A stretch of DNA of 64,000 bases from Candidatus Enterousia sp. (GCA_045613785.1 JAZLBQ010000012.1:32099-96098), one strand, 5' to 3'; positions 29,382 through 39,703 are shown, numbered from the stretch's first letter. Notes: generated from the sequence alone by a model not told the origin. Made by a program: numbers and translations.

Positions 29382-31187
29382 GTGTTTATGTTAAAATACC
29401 CATTACAGGGGGAAAGATTGCCACGTAAAGCATTGAGCGATATCGAACAAGACAAGCCAAAGCCGTCTTTAAAACGGCGTTTGTTGATATGGTTTTTCAA
29501 CCTGATTTTGTTGTCGGGTGTGGCTGTATGTGCATACGTTTCAATAATATATTTGCGAATGCCGTCTTTGGATTCTATTTTACACGAAACCAGACCGGCG
29601 GCGATTGTTTTTCTGGACAGTTCTGGAAATGAAATCCGCAGTGCCAATCGTATAATGGGAACGCCTGTTTCGACTGAAACCTTGCCTGCCCACGTATGGC
29701 AGTCAATTGTTGCCATCGAAGACAAACGCTTTTTTCAACACGGTCCAATTGACGCCCGTGGTATAACCCGTGCGGTATTTTCAAATTTGGCATCTGGTCG
29801 TATTGCGTCAGGCGGTTCGACAATAACCCAGCAGACGGCCAAAAACATATTTCTTTCACGTGAAAAAAAGATTTCCCGCAAAGTCCAAGAGCTAATATTG
29901 TCCTACTGGCTAGAAAATAGATTTACCAAGAATCAGGTCTTGGATTTATACATGAATCGTGTTTCATTGGTTGGCGGGTTGCGTGGGATTGATGCTGCCT
30001 CACGTGCGATGTTTGGTATTCCTGCGACAAAAATGTCCATTGCTCAATCTGCCCAAATTGCCGCAATGTTAAAAGCACCAACAACATACAGTCCTCTTCG
30101 TAATCCTGAAAAAAATATTGCCCGTGCAAAAACTGTTTTAAAAGAAATGGTTCGCCAGGGTTATATCACATTGCCCCAGGCACGTCTGGCGGCACAAAGC
30201 CTAAAGCCAGCGGTGCCAACAAATGACACAAATTTATACCGGTATTGGACAGACTTTATAATGGACGAAATGCGTTCTACATTAGGTGCGTTTGAAACAG
30301 ATATGTATGTTCATACAACGCTGGATACAGAATTACAAGACCGTATTGCCGTAGTTTTGCCAAAACATGTTGGTAATTACCAGGGGGCGGTTGTTGCAAT
30401 GAATCCCGATGGTGCAATTCGTGCAATGTCAGGTGGTTCTGATTACCAGGCCAGCCAATTTAACCGCACAACAGCCCCACGTCAACCGGGCAGTGCTTTC
30501 AAGCCTGTTGTATATCTAGTTGCACTGGAAAATGGTATGTTGCCTGACAGTTATGTAAATGATTCACCGTTTGCGATTGGCGACTATAACCCAAAGAATT
30601 ATAATCAGCGTTATTATGGTGATATTTCATTGGCAACAGCCTTTGCCAAAAGTGTAAATTCTGTGCCGTTAAAACTAACAGAATTATATGGAATTGATTC
30701 TGTGTTGTCTATGGCAGGACGGCTGGGGGTTGGGACAAAGTTGCGTCGTGAATATTCGACCGTGCTTGGTGCTTCGGAAATGAGTCTTTTAGACCTGACA
30801 AACATTTACGCAGTAATATGGAACAATGGGCAATCTGTTCGGCCATATTCAATTACAAAAATCACTGATATGACCGGCCATATTATATATGAACGCAATC
30901 CGTCTGACCCGATTGTGATTTTGCAACCCAGCACGATAGAGGCGATGACTGCACTGCTGGCAGACGTGGTTGCCCCCGGTGGCACTGGCGGTCGTGCCAG
31001 AACGCCGGACGTTTTAGGTGGAAAAACAGGAACCAGCAACGAAAATCGTGATGCGTGGTTTGTTGGTGCAGTGCCAAATCTGGTCATCGGTGTTTGGGTT
31101 GGCAATGACGATTTTGCACCGATGGATTCTGGTGTGACAGGTGGAACAATTCCCGCTGAAATATTTCACGACATAATTATAAAATAG
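29382..31187 (+). CDS. mrcA: penicillin-binding protein 1A (bifunctional transglycosylase/transpeptidase), short form
   Basis: GT51 motifs EDKRFFQHGPID and GGSTITQQ. Transpeptidase motifs SAFKP and KTGT. Confidence 0.92.
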   Translation: MFMLKYPLQGERLPRKALSDIEQDKPKPSLKRRLLIWFFNLILLSGVAVCAYVSIIYLRMPSLDSILHETRPAAIVFLDSSGNEIRSANRIMGTPVSTETLPAHVWQSIVAIEDKRFFQHGPIDARGITRAVFSNLASGRIASGGSTITQQTAKNIFLSREKKISRKVQELILSYWLENRFTKNQVLDLYMNRVSLVGGLRGIDAASRAMFGIPATKMSIAQSAQIAAMLKAPTTYSPLRNPEKNIARAKTVLKEMVRQGYITLPQARLAAQSLKPAVPTNDTNLYRYWTDFIMDEMRSTLGAFETDMYVHTTLDTELQDRIAVVLPKHVGNYQGAVVAMNPDGAIRAMSGGSDYQASQFNRTTAPRQPGSAFKPVVYLVALENGMLPDSYVNDSPFAIGDYNPKNYNQRYYGDISLATAFAKSVNSVPLKLTELYGIDSVLSMAGRLGVGTKLRREYSTVLGASEMSLLDLTNIYAVIWNNGQSVRPYSITKITDMTGHIIYERNPSDPIVILQPSTIEAMTALLADVVAPGGTGGRARTPDVLGGKTGTSNENRDAWFVGAVPNLVIGVWVGNDDFAPMDSGVTGGTIPAEIFHDIIIK

Positions 31188-31219
31188 TCTGTTGTCGGAC
31201 AAAATAAAAAGGGTAAACA

Positions 31220-33001
31220 ATGTCAAAAACAAAAAAAATAAAAAATGCCCAGTTGCCAAAGTCGCTGTGGAAATTTTATTTTCGTTATGCGGTTCACGGA
31301 TCAAAAGGGGCACTGATTGCCTGGGGAATATTCTTTTTTATCGTGGCCATGGACGGTGTGTTGTTTCCTAATTTTCAACGCTGGTTTATTGCACTGTTTG
31401 AAAACCCTGTGCCAAATGGTATGACGTTTATTCAGCATGCACTACCAACAATTATTTTTATTACTTCATTGTTGTTGCTGATTGATGTCAGTGCATTATT
31501 TCGTGGAATGTTTCATGCTCGTTGGTCTGCTCCGACCAAGAATCGTATATCGGTTGTTTTGAACGATTATGTTCACTCTCAGTCGATGTCATTTTGGACA
31601 GGTCGTATGTCTGGCAAGGTGCACGCTCAAATTTTGTATGTGTCAGACGGGTTTCAAGCTGTCGAAGATTTTTGGCGTATTGTCTGTATGATGGCAGTTG
31701 TATTTATAAATGTTGGCTTGATTTTATCAATCAATACCTATGTTGCAGTAATTTTTGGTATCGTCTTTGTGTTCCGTGCATTATACAGTTGGGCGATGGT
31801 AAAGCCTATGAACCGTGCGTCCAAAGATGCATCTGCCGCATCCAGTGAATTGTCTGGGCGTAATGTTGACAGTATTTCGAATTTTTCTGTTGTAAAATTA
31901 TTTGCTGGTGCATCACGAGAACGTGCCTATCTTGAACCCAGTCGTCAGAAAAACATTGCTGCCAGAATCCATTCGTTCTTTGTTCAGCGGTTTTTCTGGG
32001 GTGTTCCAATGATAATCTGGGATATTTGTTATGGTGCAACACTGTTGCTGTGTGTATGGCTGTATATGCAAGGAAAAATCACAGTTGCAGAAATCGTCTT
32101 TACAAATTCTGTTTTCTTTACAGTTATGGGAACGATTGGCCAGATTGTAAATCAGATTCCAAACATTACCGACAAATTGGGGGCGGCGTCCAAGGCATAT
32201 AATGAATTAGTTGTTCCTGTTGATGTTGTTGATGTTCCGAACGCCCCTGCGTTAGTTGTGTCAAAGGGCGAAATAGAATTTCGCAATGTTTCATTTAAAT
32301 ATAAACAGAAATGGGTATTGCGTAATTTTAACTTAAAGATTGCCCCGGGTGAACGTGTTGGGCTGGTTGGGCCATCAGGGGCAGGGAAAACCACATTGGT
32401 AAATTTGCTTATGCGTTTTTATGACCCGACGCATGGAGAAATATTGATAGACGGTCAGGATATCAAAGACGTATCTCAGGATTCTTTGCGTGAAAACATT
32501 GCGTTTATTCCCCAAGATCCAACAATGTTCAATCGCACATTGTTTGAAAATATTGCGTATGGAAAACCTGGGGCGACTGTTACGGATGTTCGCAATGCAG
32601 CCCGTCGTGCGATGGCACATGATTTTATTGTTGGAACAGAAAAAAAGTATAATTCTATGGTTGGCGACCGTGGGATAAAATTGTCGGGCGGTCAACGTCA
32701 GCGTGTTGCGATTGCCCGTGCTTTTCTGAAAGACGCACCAATCTTAGTCCTGGACGAAGCGACATCTGCACTTGATTCTGAAACAGAAAATTGTATTCAA
32801 AAATCATTTGATGAATTGGCACTTGGTCGCACCACATTGGCGATTGCACACCGGTTATCTACTTTGCGTAATATGGACCGAATTGTTGTTTTAAAGCAGG
32901 GCAAGGTTCTAGAACAAGGCACTCATAAACAACTGCTACGCCTTGGGGGCGAATACGCCCGCCTGTGGAAAATGCAGTCTGGTGGATTTATCAAAGACTA
33001 A
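31220..33001 (+). CDS. ABC transporter permease/ATP-binding protein (MsbA-like exporter)
   Basis: Six-TM N-terminal half, Walker A GPSGAGKTT, signature LSGGQRQR, Walker B ILVLDEATS. Confidence 0.92.
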   Translation: MSKTKKIKNAQLPKSLWKFYFRYAVHGSKGALIAWGIFFFIVAMDGVLFPNFQRWFIALFENPVPNGMTFIQHALPTIIFITSLLLLIDVSALFRGMFHARWSAPTKNRISVVLNDYVHSQSMSFWTGRMSGKVHAQILYVSDGFQAVEDFWRIVCMMAVVFINVGLILSINTYVAVIFGIVFVFRALYSWAMVKPMNRASKDASAASSELSGRNVDSISNFSVVKLFAGASRERAYLEPSRQKNIAARIHSFFVQRFFWGVPMIIWDICYGATLLLCVWLYMQGKITVAEIVFTNSVFFTVMGTIGQIVNQIPNITDKLGAASKAYNELVVPVDVVDVPNAPALVVSKGEIEFRNVSFKYKQKWVLRNFNLKIAPGERVGLVGPSGAGKTTLVNLLMRFYDPTHGEILIDGQDIKDVSQDSLRENIAFIPQDPTMFNRTLFENIAYGKPGATVTDVRNAARRAMAHDFIVGTEKKYNSMVGDRGIKLSGGQRQRVAIARAFLKDAPILVLDEATSALDSETENCIQKSFDELALGRTTLAIAHRLSTLRNMDRIVVLKQGKVLEQGTHKQLLRLGGEYARLWKMQSGGFIKD

Positions 33002-33036
33002 AATAGAAACAGCGTCCAAATTGGACGCTGATTTTT

Positions 33037-33492
33037 TTATTTTTCAATTTTATCCAGTATTTTATTTAGTTTGCGAATAGAACTGTTTGCACAGCCACGA
33101 CCACGCCACGTCATAATTTCATTTCCTGTTATATTGTCGGCGATTGAAACGTTAAAATTCCACCACCAAAATCCATTAAAGACACACCAGACTGGACGAA
33201 AAACTTCACTGCGTTCTTTGACCTTGATTACATAGCGGGCATTTGTTGGAATTGTTGTGGTGTCGATTTCAGAATCACTATCAGCATCGTTCCATTCTTT
33301 GCTTTCTTTTGCCTTGCCCACAACGACATTATAACCACGTTCTTCCATTGTTTGTTTAATACTGCGTCGCATTGAATATCCGCCACGATCCGCATAAACA
33401 ACCTGGTCTTTATCAAATGTTTTTGGTTTTACATAGACACTGTTGCAACCAGTCAACGATAACAACACAACAAAACAAAATAATCTGTTCAT
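33037..33492 (-). CDS. hypothetical lipoprotein
   Basis: Lipobox LSLTGC. 151 aa. Confidence 0.65.
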   Translation of the reverse strand: MNRLFCFVVLLSLTGCNSVYVKPKTFDKDQVVYADRGGYSMRRSIKQTMEERGYNVVVGKAKESKEWNDADSDSEIDTTTIPTNARYVIKVKERSEVFRPVWCVFNGFWWWNFNVSIADNITGNEIMTWRGRGCANSSIRKLNKILDKIEK

Positions 33493-33521
33493 AAATTATC
33501 ACCTATCATGAATCAGTCTAG

Positions 33522-33891
33522 AATAATTTTGCACCTAATAACAAGGAAAATAATCATAAAAAGCATACTAAATTAGTAAATACTATTGAACGCCTAGATA
33601 GTGCAGGTCTGGATTTTTCGGTTGTTGTAATAGGCGATGGAAAATTAAAAGACTTGCCTGAATCTGTTAAACGTCATATTCGTGTTATGGGGGCATCTTG
33701 ATTTTGATGAAATGTATAATTGTGTTGAGCATGCTGATTTCTATATGCCATTGCTGGATGCAGACAATCCAGACCATGAACGCTATATTAGAACTCAGGT
33801 AACTGGCTCTATGCAACTGGTGTATGGATTTGCCTGTGTTCCAGTTGTTGACAAGAAGTTTGCTGATTTTTATGATTTGAGCGACACGTAA
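33522..33891 (+). pseudogene. 5'-truncated and frameshifted GT1/GT4-type glycosyltransferase remnant
   Basis: Two frames join at a G5 run (33689-33693): ...VVVIGDGKLKDLPESVKRHIRVMG / HLDFDEMYNCVEHADFYMPLLDADNPD.... There is no N-terminal half and no start codon. Confidence 0.7.
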
Positions 33892-34108
33892 TGAACTAAT
33901 AAAAACAGCCGATGCTATTGCAGATGAATCATTAAACAATCTAAAGAGGGTGTTAAGTGCCTAAATAAAATACGACTTGCTTCGTTTGCTTACGTTGTGG
34001 TTATGGCGGGTTCCGACATGGACTATTCGTGCATAACAGCAAGAACCGACCATTTGGTCGGTTCTTGTTTTAGTATAAAACTGCGAGAAATCTTGCCTGT
34101 TAAAATTC

Positions 34109-34185
34109 TGGCGCACCCAACAGGATTCGAACCTGTAATCCCCGCCTTCGGAGGGCGATGCTCTATCCAATTAAGCCATGGGTGC
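34109..34185 (-). tRNA. tRNA-Arg (anticodon CCG), CCA encoded
   Basis: The reverse complement folds with acceptor GCACCCA/TGGGTGC, anticodon loop CTCCGAA and T-loop TTCGAAT. Confidence 0.88.
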
Positions 34186-34233
34186 ATTGCAGTGTATTAT
34201 ACGTAAATTTAATTAAAATGCAAGAGGCGACTT

Positions 34234-35046
34234 TTACCGTGCTTTTTTTGTCTTTGAATGTTGCCACAGCATTTTTTGGACCGCATTATTTGCATTTGCA
34301 ATCAGTGATACCCGGGTTCTGTTTAACTTTTTACCACTAATTTTTTCATAAGTATCAAATAATTCGTTTATATCAAGCCCCAGTTGTATGTATCTTGCCG
34401 CCATTGCTCCGAACGCATAATTTACATCACTAACTGCGGCGGTGTCTATGTCCAAAATCCCCACCAAGTGTCCATCTTCTGATGCGACGATATTTTTTGG
34501 TGTTATGTCAGTATGATAAACAGCCTTGTCGTCGTCATTGCCTAGGTTTATCAGATAGACCAATGCCATACATAACTTGCCCAAGACGGCATTGTTCACA
34601 TTTGTTATGTGCTCATCTGCGACGATATGCATATGTTTGTGTGGAAATCCGTCCAAGACATCTGGCTTAATTTGTCCCATTTTTGCAAACGCAACCAGTG
34701 TTTCACGATAAACCTGCTTTATTTTTTCAGCATCCATCCCACGCCATATGCGTTCATACAGTGTTTTGCCAGGAATCTGTTTGTATTCTTCAAAGAAAAC
34801 GTTTTTATACTGATGTGCCGTGATAACAGGGCAGGGGATGCCGTTTTCTGCATAGACCCGACTGATGTGTGCGTTTTTTTTGATAATATCAGGGTTGCCA
34901 AATTTGAATGCCATTTGTTGTCCATCGACATTTGCAAAAATAACATTTTGCTGACTGCCACGAACCAACGGCTGGCATATTTTTTTAGCGTTTGGATAGC
35001 GGTCAAAGATAGCTGCTTTGTAAATAATAAACATGTCTTCTGACAT
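34234..35046 (-). CDS. phosphotransferase (APH/choline-kinase-like kinase family)
   Basis: The HTDITPKNIV...GILDIDTA catalytic loop and DxD-type motif are typical of APH-fold kinases. Confidence 0.75.
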   Translation of the reverse strand: MSEDMFIIYKAAIFDRYPNAKKICQPLVRGSQQNVIFANVDGQQMAFKFGNPDIIKKNAHISRVYAENGIPCPVITAHQYKNVFFEEYKQIPGKTLYERIWRGMDAEKIKQVYRETLVAFAKMGQIKPDVLDGFPHKHMHIVADEHITNVNNAVLGKLCMALVYLINLGNDDDKAVYHTDITPKNIVASEDGHLVGILDIDTAAVSDVNYAFGAMAARYIQLGLDINELFDTYEKISGKKLNRTRVSLIANANNAVQKMLWQHSKTKKAR

Positions 35047-35116
35047 AAAAAATCCTCGGAATAAAATGTTGTCAAACCTATTTTATTGTCAATAATATAA
35101 AAGTCAAGAAATAATT

Positions 35117-36188
35117 CTAGCCCTGTTGTAATGATGCCAGCATAAATTCGTCCAAATCCCCATCTAATACGGCATCAGAGTCAGTTTTTTCAACCCCGGT
35201 TCTAACATCTTTTACCAGTTGATACGGGTATAAAACATAGTTTCTAATTTGGCTGCCCCACTCAATTTTTTTCTGGGCAGCCTTAGCGGCATCTTCTTCG
35301 GCGGCCCGTTTTTGCATTTCCAGTTCATACAGTTTACTGCGCAACATTTTCATTGCCATTTCACGATTTTGAATCTGGCTGCGTTCATTTTGACAGGTAA
35401 CCACGGTGTTCGTTGGAATATGTGTAATACGAACGGCGCTGTCTGTTTTGTTGACGTGCTGACCACCTGCACCTGATGCACGATACGTATCAATACGCAG
35501 GTCTTTGTCGTTTATTTCAATTTCGATTGCATCATCAATATCAGGCCAAACATCTACAGACGCAAAACTTGTCTGTCGTTTGCCGTTTGCATTAAAAGGC
35601 GAAATTCGAACCAGACGATGGACGCCAATCTCATTTTTAAGCCAGCCATATGCCCGAACGCCAGAAATACGATAAGTTATATTTTTTATCCCTGCGGTAT
35701 CGCCTTCGTGTTCTTCGATGACTTCGGTTGAAAATCCGTGCCTTTCTGCCCAGCGTGCATACATTCGTGACATCATTTGAGCCCAGTCTTGTGCCTCTGT
35801 TCCACCAGCGCCGGCTTGGATAAACAAAAAAGCACCGTCGTTATCTGCTGGTTCACGGAACAATGTAATAAACTTTGCCTTGTGTGCAGCGTCTGCTAAT
35901 TTTTCAAGTGCCGATATAACATCTGGGTCATCGGGTGCGATTTCGAACAGTTCGGTCAGATTGTTAAAATCGGATTCCAGTTCACTAATTTCATTTAGAG
36001 ATTTTTCCAGTCCCGATTTTTTTTGTAAAACTGCCCGTGCATTGTCGGGATTGTCCCATAAATCAGGGGCGTTTACCTGTTCATCTAATTCAGAAATCTG
36101 CTGTTTTAACTTTTCAGGGTCAAAGAAACCCCCTGACGGCAGCGATGTCGTCGGAAATTTGTGTCAAAAATTCATTAGTAATAATCAT
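35117..36188 (-). CDS. prfB: peptide chain release factor 2, requires programmed +1 frameshift
   Basis: Frame 0 is MIITNEFLTQISDDIAAVRGFL, ending at the in-frame TGA (36122-36120) within AGGGGGTTTCTTTGAC. The +1 frame continues DPEKLKQQISELDEQVNAPDLWDNP... through SPF and GGQ (ASGAGGQHVN) to 35117. Confidence 0.95.
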
Positions 36189-36284
36189 AACGATATTATC
36201 ATATCAGTAAATTTGCCTAAATCAAATGAATGTTTGCCTTTTTTGTTTGGTTGTGTTAAAATTACCACAACGAGAGGGATTTTA

Positions 36285-37532
36285 ATGAAGCATTTTCTTG
36301 GTGTTTTTGGTCTGATTGGTGCATATTTGTTGGGAAATGCCGCTTATGCGATTTCTGCTGGCACTGTTGGTGCATCTGATCAAAATCGTGGCAGTATAAT
36401 CCAGACCCCCACAGCGACCAGTCAACTTCGTGGGCATGCTGGTGTTGCGAATGCCTATAAAACCAATCAACGCAATACTTATTTTATTGTTAGTCAGCCT
36501 GATGTTGACACTGCCTGTCGTGAAAAGATTTTCAAGTGTTTAACTGATTATTGTGGTGATGTGACTGTTGTTCCTGGTCAGCGTGAATCTAAATGCCAAT
36601 ACGCAACGGAAACAGAGTTGTATAATTATACCATGTTGTGCTTGCAACGTGATACTGAAATCTTGTTGCCTCAATATGGTGCAAACACACGCAATCACAC
36701 AGGTGGCATGAATACTGCCGCACAACTATGTCCTTCTTATGTTCAGCAAGAACTGATGTCATATATGTCGATGTCCAGTATGGCGAACCAGTTGTCGAAA
36801 TCTAATTCTAACCTGTGTATTCAACGTCGCCAAGAACTAGAAGCGGCGATGGCATGCCACACAGTTGCTTTGACCTATGGAAATGAAACAACCAGTATGT
36901 TGACATCACAGCTGACAGATTATTGTGGGGCAGGTGTTCCTGGGGGCAGTGCCGAAATGGTAACTCGTTTTGCAAACGCAGGAAACGTTGGTGCGAATGT
37001 CTGGGGATGGGCTGAAAAAATCGTAAGTCTAAATCTGAATAAAAAAGGCGACGAATGGCAGGCTGCCGTTGATTCTGTTTTGGCTGGATATACCAATCGT
37101 ATGAATTTGGCATGTGGCGATAATTTGCAGTTAAACACAGTTTCGCACCCAAGCAATGGTTCACAGCCTTCTGCATTACAGACCGTGGCGGCAATTGCCG
37201 TTGGTGCGGCTTTCCCAACAACGGAATCGCAGGCTGAAAATCCGTATGAAAATTGGTCTGTGTGGATGCAGGTTGAATCTTTGAGTGATGAAATTTACAC
37301 GTATGATCGTGCATTTCAATTGGTTCAGGCAGCATTGTCTAATCCGTCAACTACACCAAATGCATTTTTTACCAGTGCCCAGATTGACGATATGCAACGT
37401 GCATACATTCGTGGAACCAAGGTGTTTGTTGTTCAGGACAGTGGACGTTGTTTTCTTGTTCCTGTTGCACAACTAACAGATGCAGAACAGTCTTTGGTTT
37501 CTCAGTCATTTGCTCACTGTATTGGGAAATAA
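36285..37532 (+). CDS. hypothetical secreted Cys-containing protein (415 aa)
   Basis: ATG at 36285 after GAGAGGGA, with signal peptide MKHFLGVFGLIGAYLLGNAAYA. The upstream part of the 550-aa tracked ORF is antisense to prfB. Confidence 0.7.
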   Translation: MKHFLGVFGLIGAYLLGNAAYAISAGTVGASDQNRGSIIQTPTATSQLRGHAGVANAYKTNQRNTYFIVSQPDVDTACREKIFKCLTDYCGDVTVVPGQRESKCQYATETELYNYTMLCLQRDTEILLPQYGANTRNHTGGMNTAAQLCPSYVQQELMSYMSMSSMANQLSKSNSNLCIQRRQELEAAMACHTVALTYGNETTSMLTSQLTDYCGAGVPGGSAEMVTRFANAGNVGANVWGWAEKIVSLNLNKKGDEWQAAVDSVLAGYTNRMNLACGDNLQLNTVSHPSNGSQPSALQTVAAIAVGAAFPTTESQAENPYENWSVWMQVESLSDEIYTYDRAFQLVQAALSNPSTTPNAFFTSAQIDDMQRAYIRGTKVFVVQDSGRCFLVPVAQLTDAEQSLVSQSFAHCIGK

Positions 37533-37589
37533 TAAAACAGAATAAACAACAGCACCCACAATGTGGGTGTTTTTTTTGTATAAACAAAA

Positions 37590-37618
37590 TAAAAAAAGAC
37601 GTTCAATCGAACGTCTGT
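37590..37618 (-). terminator. rho-independent terminator for the lipoprotein gene
   Basis: AGACGTTC-aatc-GAACGTCT hairpin with a T-run on the minus strand. Confidence 0.7.
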
Positions 37619-37639
37619 TAAAAATATTTTTTTATGATT

Positions 37640-37948
37640 TTATTCTTCGACCAGAACCATTGTGTTTCCATCTTCTACAACCAGGTCTGGCTCTTCACTT
37701 GTGCTTTTGTTTCCGGTCCATACATAGTAAGAATATGGAACATCGCCGCCCTGAGCCTGAATTTCAATAACGTGCTTACTTGTTTCCAAAACCAAGTCAT
37801 TTCCATTTGGTGATTCAACACGAATTACTTCGCAATTTTCATCTGCACAGTTAAAACCTTGTTGTCCTGCGACAATTTCATCCGATGAAGACCGACAGCC
37901 CGCCAGTGCTAACATCAATACCAAAAATGGCAAATATATCTTTTTCAT
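37640..37948 (-). CDS. hypothetical lipoprotein (102 aa)
   Basis: Lipobox LALAGC. Confidence 0.65.
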   Translation of the reverse strand: MKKIYLPFLVLMLALAGCRSSSDEIVAGQQGFNCADENCEVIRVESPNGNDLVLETSKHVIEIQAQGGDVPYSYYVWTGNKSTSEEPDLVVEDGNTMVLVEE

Positions 37949-38052
37949 GTTCTTTATTATATCACAATTTTAGTGCGGAAAAAAGCAAAAACGTATTGAA
38001 ATAGGGGGCTTCTCTTATTATACTGACACGGCAATAATAGAGAGAATTTAAA

Positions 38053-39036
38053 GTGTATATTTATGACAAGATTTATGGTGGCTTTGACGTTGAAGAGCCT
38101 GTTTTTGAACGTATAATAAAATCAGAAACTTTTTGTCGTTTAGCGGGCATAAACATGGGCTGTTGGTCGCCTAGTATGCCGTTTTATACAACGGATTACG
38201 ACCGTTATGAACATTCGATTGGCGTGTGGTTATTGTTGCGAAAATATGGTGCAAGTATTCCTGAACAAATTGCAGGACTTATTCATGATATTTCGCACAG
38301 TGCATTTTCGCATTTATCTGACCGAATTTTTGGAGATTCAGAATCTGCCCAGACTGCACAATACCAAGACTCTGTTCATGATAGTTTTGTAAAAAAATCT
38401 GAAATTGCAAAAATAATAACAGATTGCGGTTATGATTTAGACTTTATCCTTGATGATAAAAAATTCCCATTAAAAGAACTATCTCTTCCAGATTTGTGTG
38501 CAGACCGAATTGACTATTGTCTGCGTGCTACACTGCACTTGAAACACTATGGGCATATGTTGGATATAGACGTTGTAGAATTAGCAAATTCTTTTGTGGC
38601 TACATCACAAGGTTTTGTTATGCGTGACGTTGAATCTGCTCGCTGTTTTGCACGAACATTTAATTTTGCGGACGAACGAATATATTCGTCATTTGAAAAT
38701 GTATTTTTTGAATCGATGATGGCTCAGATATGTCGTGATTCTATTGAAAGTGGAATAATTGCACGCAATGATTTTTGGGAAATGACAGATTGGCAAATCG
38801 TGAAAAAGATGCAAGATGCCGGTGTCGATTTTTCAAAAATGTATCGCAATCCTGCTGAATGGTGTGCGTGTTTGTGCGACATATCTGCAATAACAGAATA
38901 TCAAAAGGTTCGTCGAATTGATCCGTTATTTATTTCTGCTGACGGCACAAATAAAAGACTGAGCGATGTCGATTCAGACTATTCAGAATATATTAAAAGT
39001 ATCCCTAAATACAAAGAATATAAAATTAAAATATAA
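38053..39036 (+). CDS. HD-domain phosphohydrolase (COG1078 / dNTPase-like N-terminal pattern)
   Basis: IYDKIYGGFDVEE...FCRLAGINMG...RYEHSIGVWLLL...IHDISHSAFSH. The HD signature is clear. The subfamily assignment is inferred. Confidence 0.75.
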   Translation: MYIYDKIYGGFDVEEPVFERIIKSETFCRLAGINMGCWSPSMPFYTTDYDRYEHSIGVWLLLRKYGASIPEQIAGLIHDISHSAFSHLSDRIFGDSESAQTAQYQDSVHDSFVKKSEIAKIITDCGYDLDFILDDKKFPLKELSLPDLCADRIDYCLRATLHLKHYGHMLDIDVVELANSFVATSQGFVMRDVESARCFARTFNFADERIYSSFENVFFESMMAQICRDSIESGIIARNDFWEMTDWQIVKKMQDAGVDFSKMYRNPAEWCACLCDISAITEYQKVRRIDPLFISADGTNKRLSDVDSDYSEYIKSIPKYKEYKIKI

Positions 39037-39058
39037 AATCCCCAACAAGGGGATTTTT

Positions 39059-39556
39059 TTATCGTTTATATTTTTTGTCTTTAATTTTGCCATTGCTAGG
39101 GATTTTATCGTGGTCGCATTTGAATAAATATATCAAATTTTGTGGGCTACAATCATATCCATCGTTTGAAATGTGGTGAATTTCATATCCGGACAGTTTG
39201 TTCCCCAGCCATGCTGCCGCTATCAAGCGGTATAAGTATTCGTTATTCAATTCCGGCACAATCAGCCACCCGTGTGGCTGTTTGTTTTGAATAAGTTTAT
39301 GCAATGTTTCTGCCCCCAGTTGTTCGTCAGGTGCATGTTTTTCACAAATTCGTGCAATTTTATTGCCGATTTTAATGTGGCCCAAATTACTGGCCCAAGT
39401 GTTTTTTATTCCGGGGCAGGGCAACCAAGTTTCGTTCTGGATTTCATCAGTGCTAGCCCAGGACCAATCAGCGTCTTTTGATAGATAATAATCGTCGATT
39501 TGTTCGGTGTTCCATACTGCATCCACTAATTCATCAATCGTCCAAATATTGTTCAT
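39059..39556 (-). CDS. free-standing HNH endonuclease with NUMOD4-like N-terminal motif
   Basis: ETWLPCPGIKNTWASNLGHIKIGNKI resembles NUMOD4. YEIHHISNDGYDCSPQNLIYLFKCDHDKI resembles the HNH_3 core. Confidence 0.65.
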   Translation of the reverse strand: MNNIWTIDELVDAVWNTEQIDDYYLSKDADWSWASTDEIQNETWLPCPGIKNTWASNLGHIKIGNKIARICEKHAPDEQLGAETLHKLIQNKQPHGWLIVPELNNEYLYRLIAAAWLGNKLSGYEIHHISNDGYDCSPQNLIYLFKCDHDKIPSNGKIKDKKYKR

Positions 39557-39574
39557 AAATATATTCCTTATTTT

Positions 39575-39679
39575 TTATAACATGAACATACCGACAAAAA
39601 ATGGAATTGCAAACAAAACAATGATAAAAATGCCACAGAATTTCAGCATGTCAACAAAGATTTTACTGCCAATTTTCAT
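39575..39679 (-). CDS. putative 34-aa hydrophobic peptide (MKIGSKIFVDMLKFCGIFIIVLFAIPFFVGMFML)
   Basis: Not in the ORF track (<60 aa). GGAG lies 10 nt upstream of the ATG, a consensus-like promoter is upstream, and the ORF ends 18 nt before the HNH start. Confidence 0.35.
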   Translation of the reverse strand: MKIGSKIFVDMLKFCGIFIIVLFAIPFFVGMFML

Positions 39680-39703
39680 TTTTTTATCGCTCCATACACA
39701 GGC

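Noticed and set aside
35880-36284. N-terminal 135 codons of the 550-aa + strand ORF (35880-37532).
   Set aside because: This part lies antisense to the N-terminal portion of prfB, including its frameshift site. The real gene starts at the ATG at 36285, which has an SD and a signal peptide.
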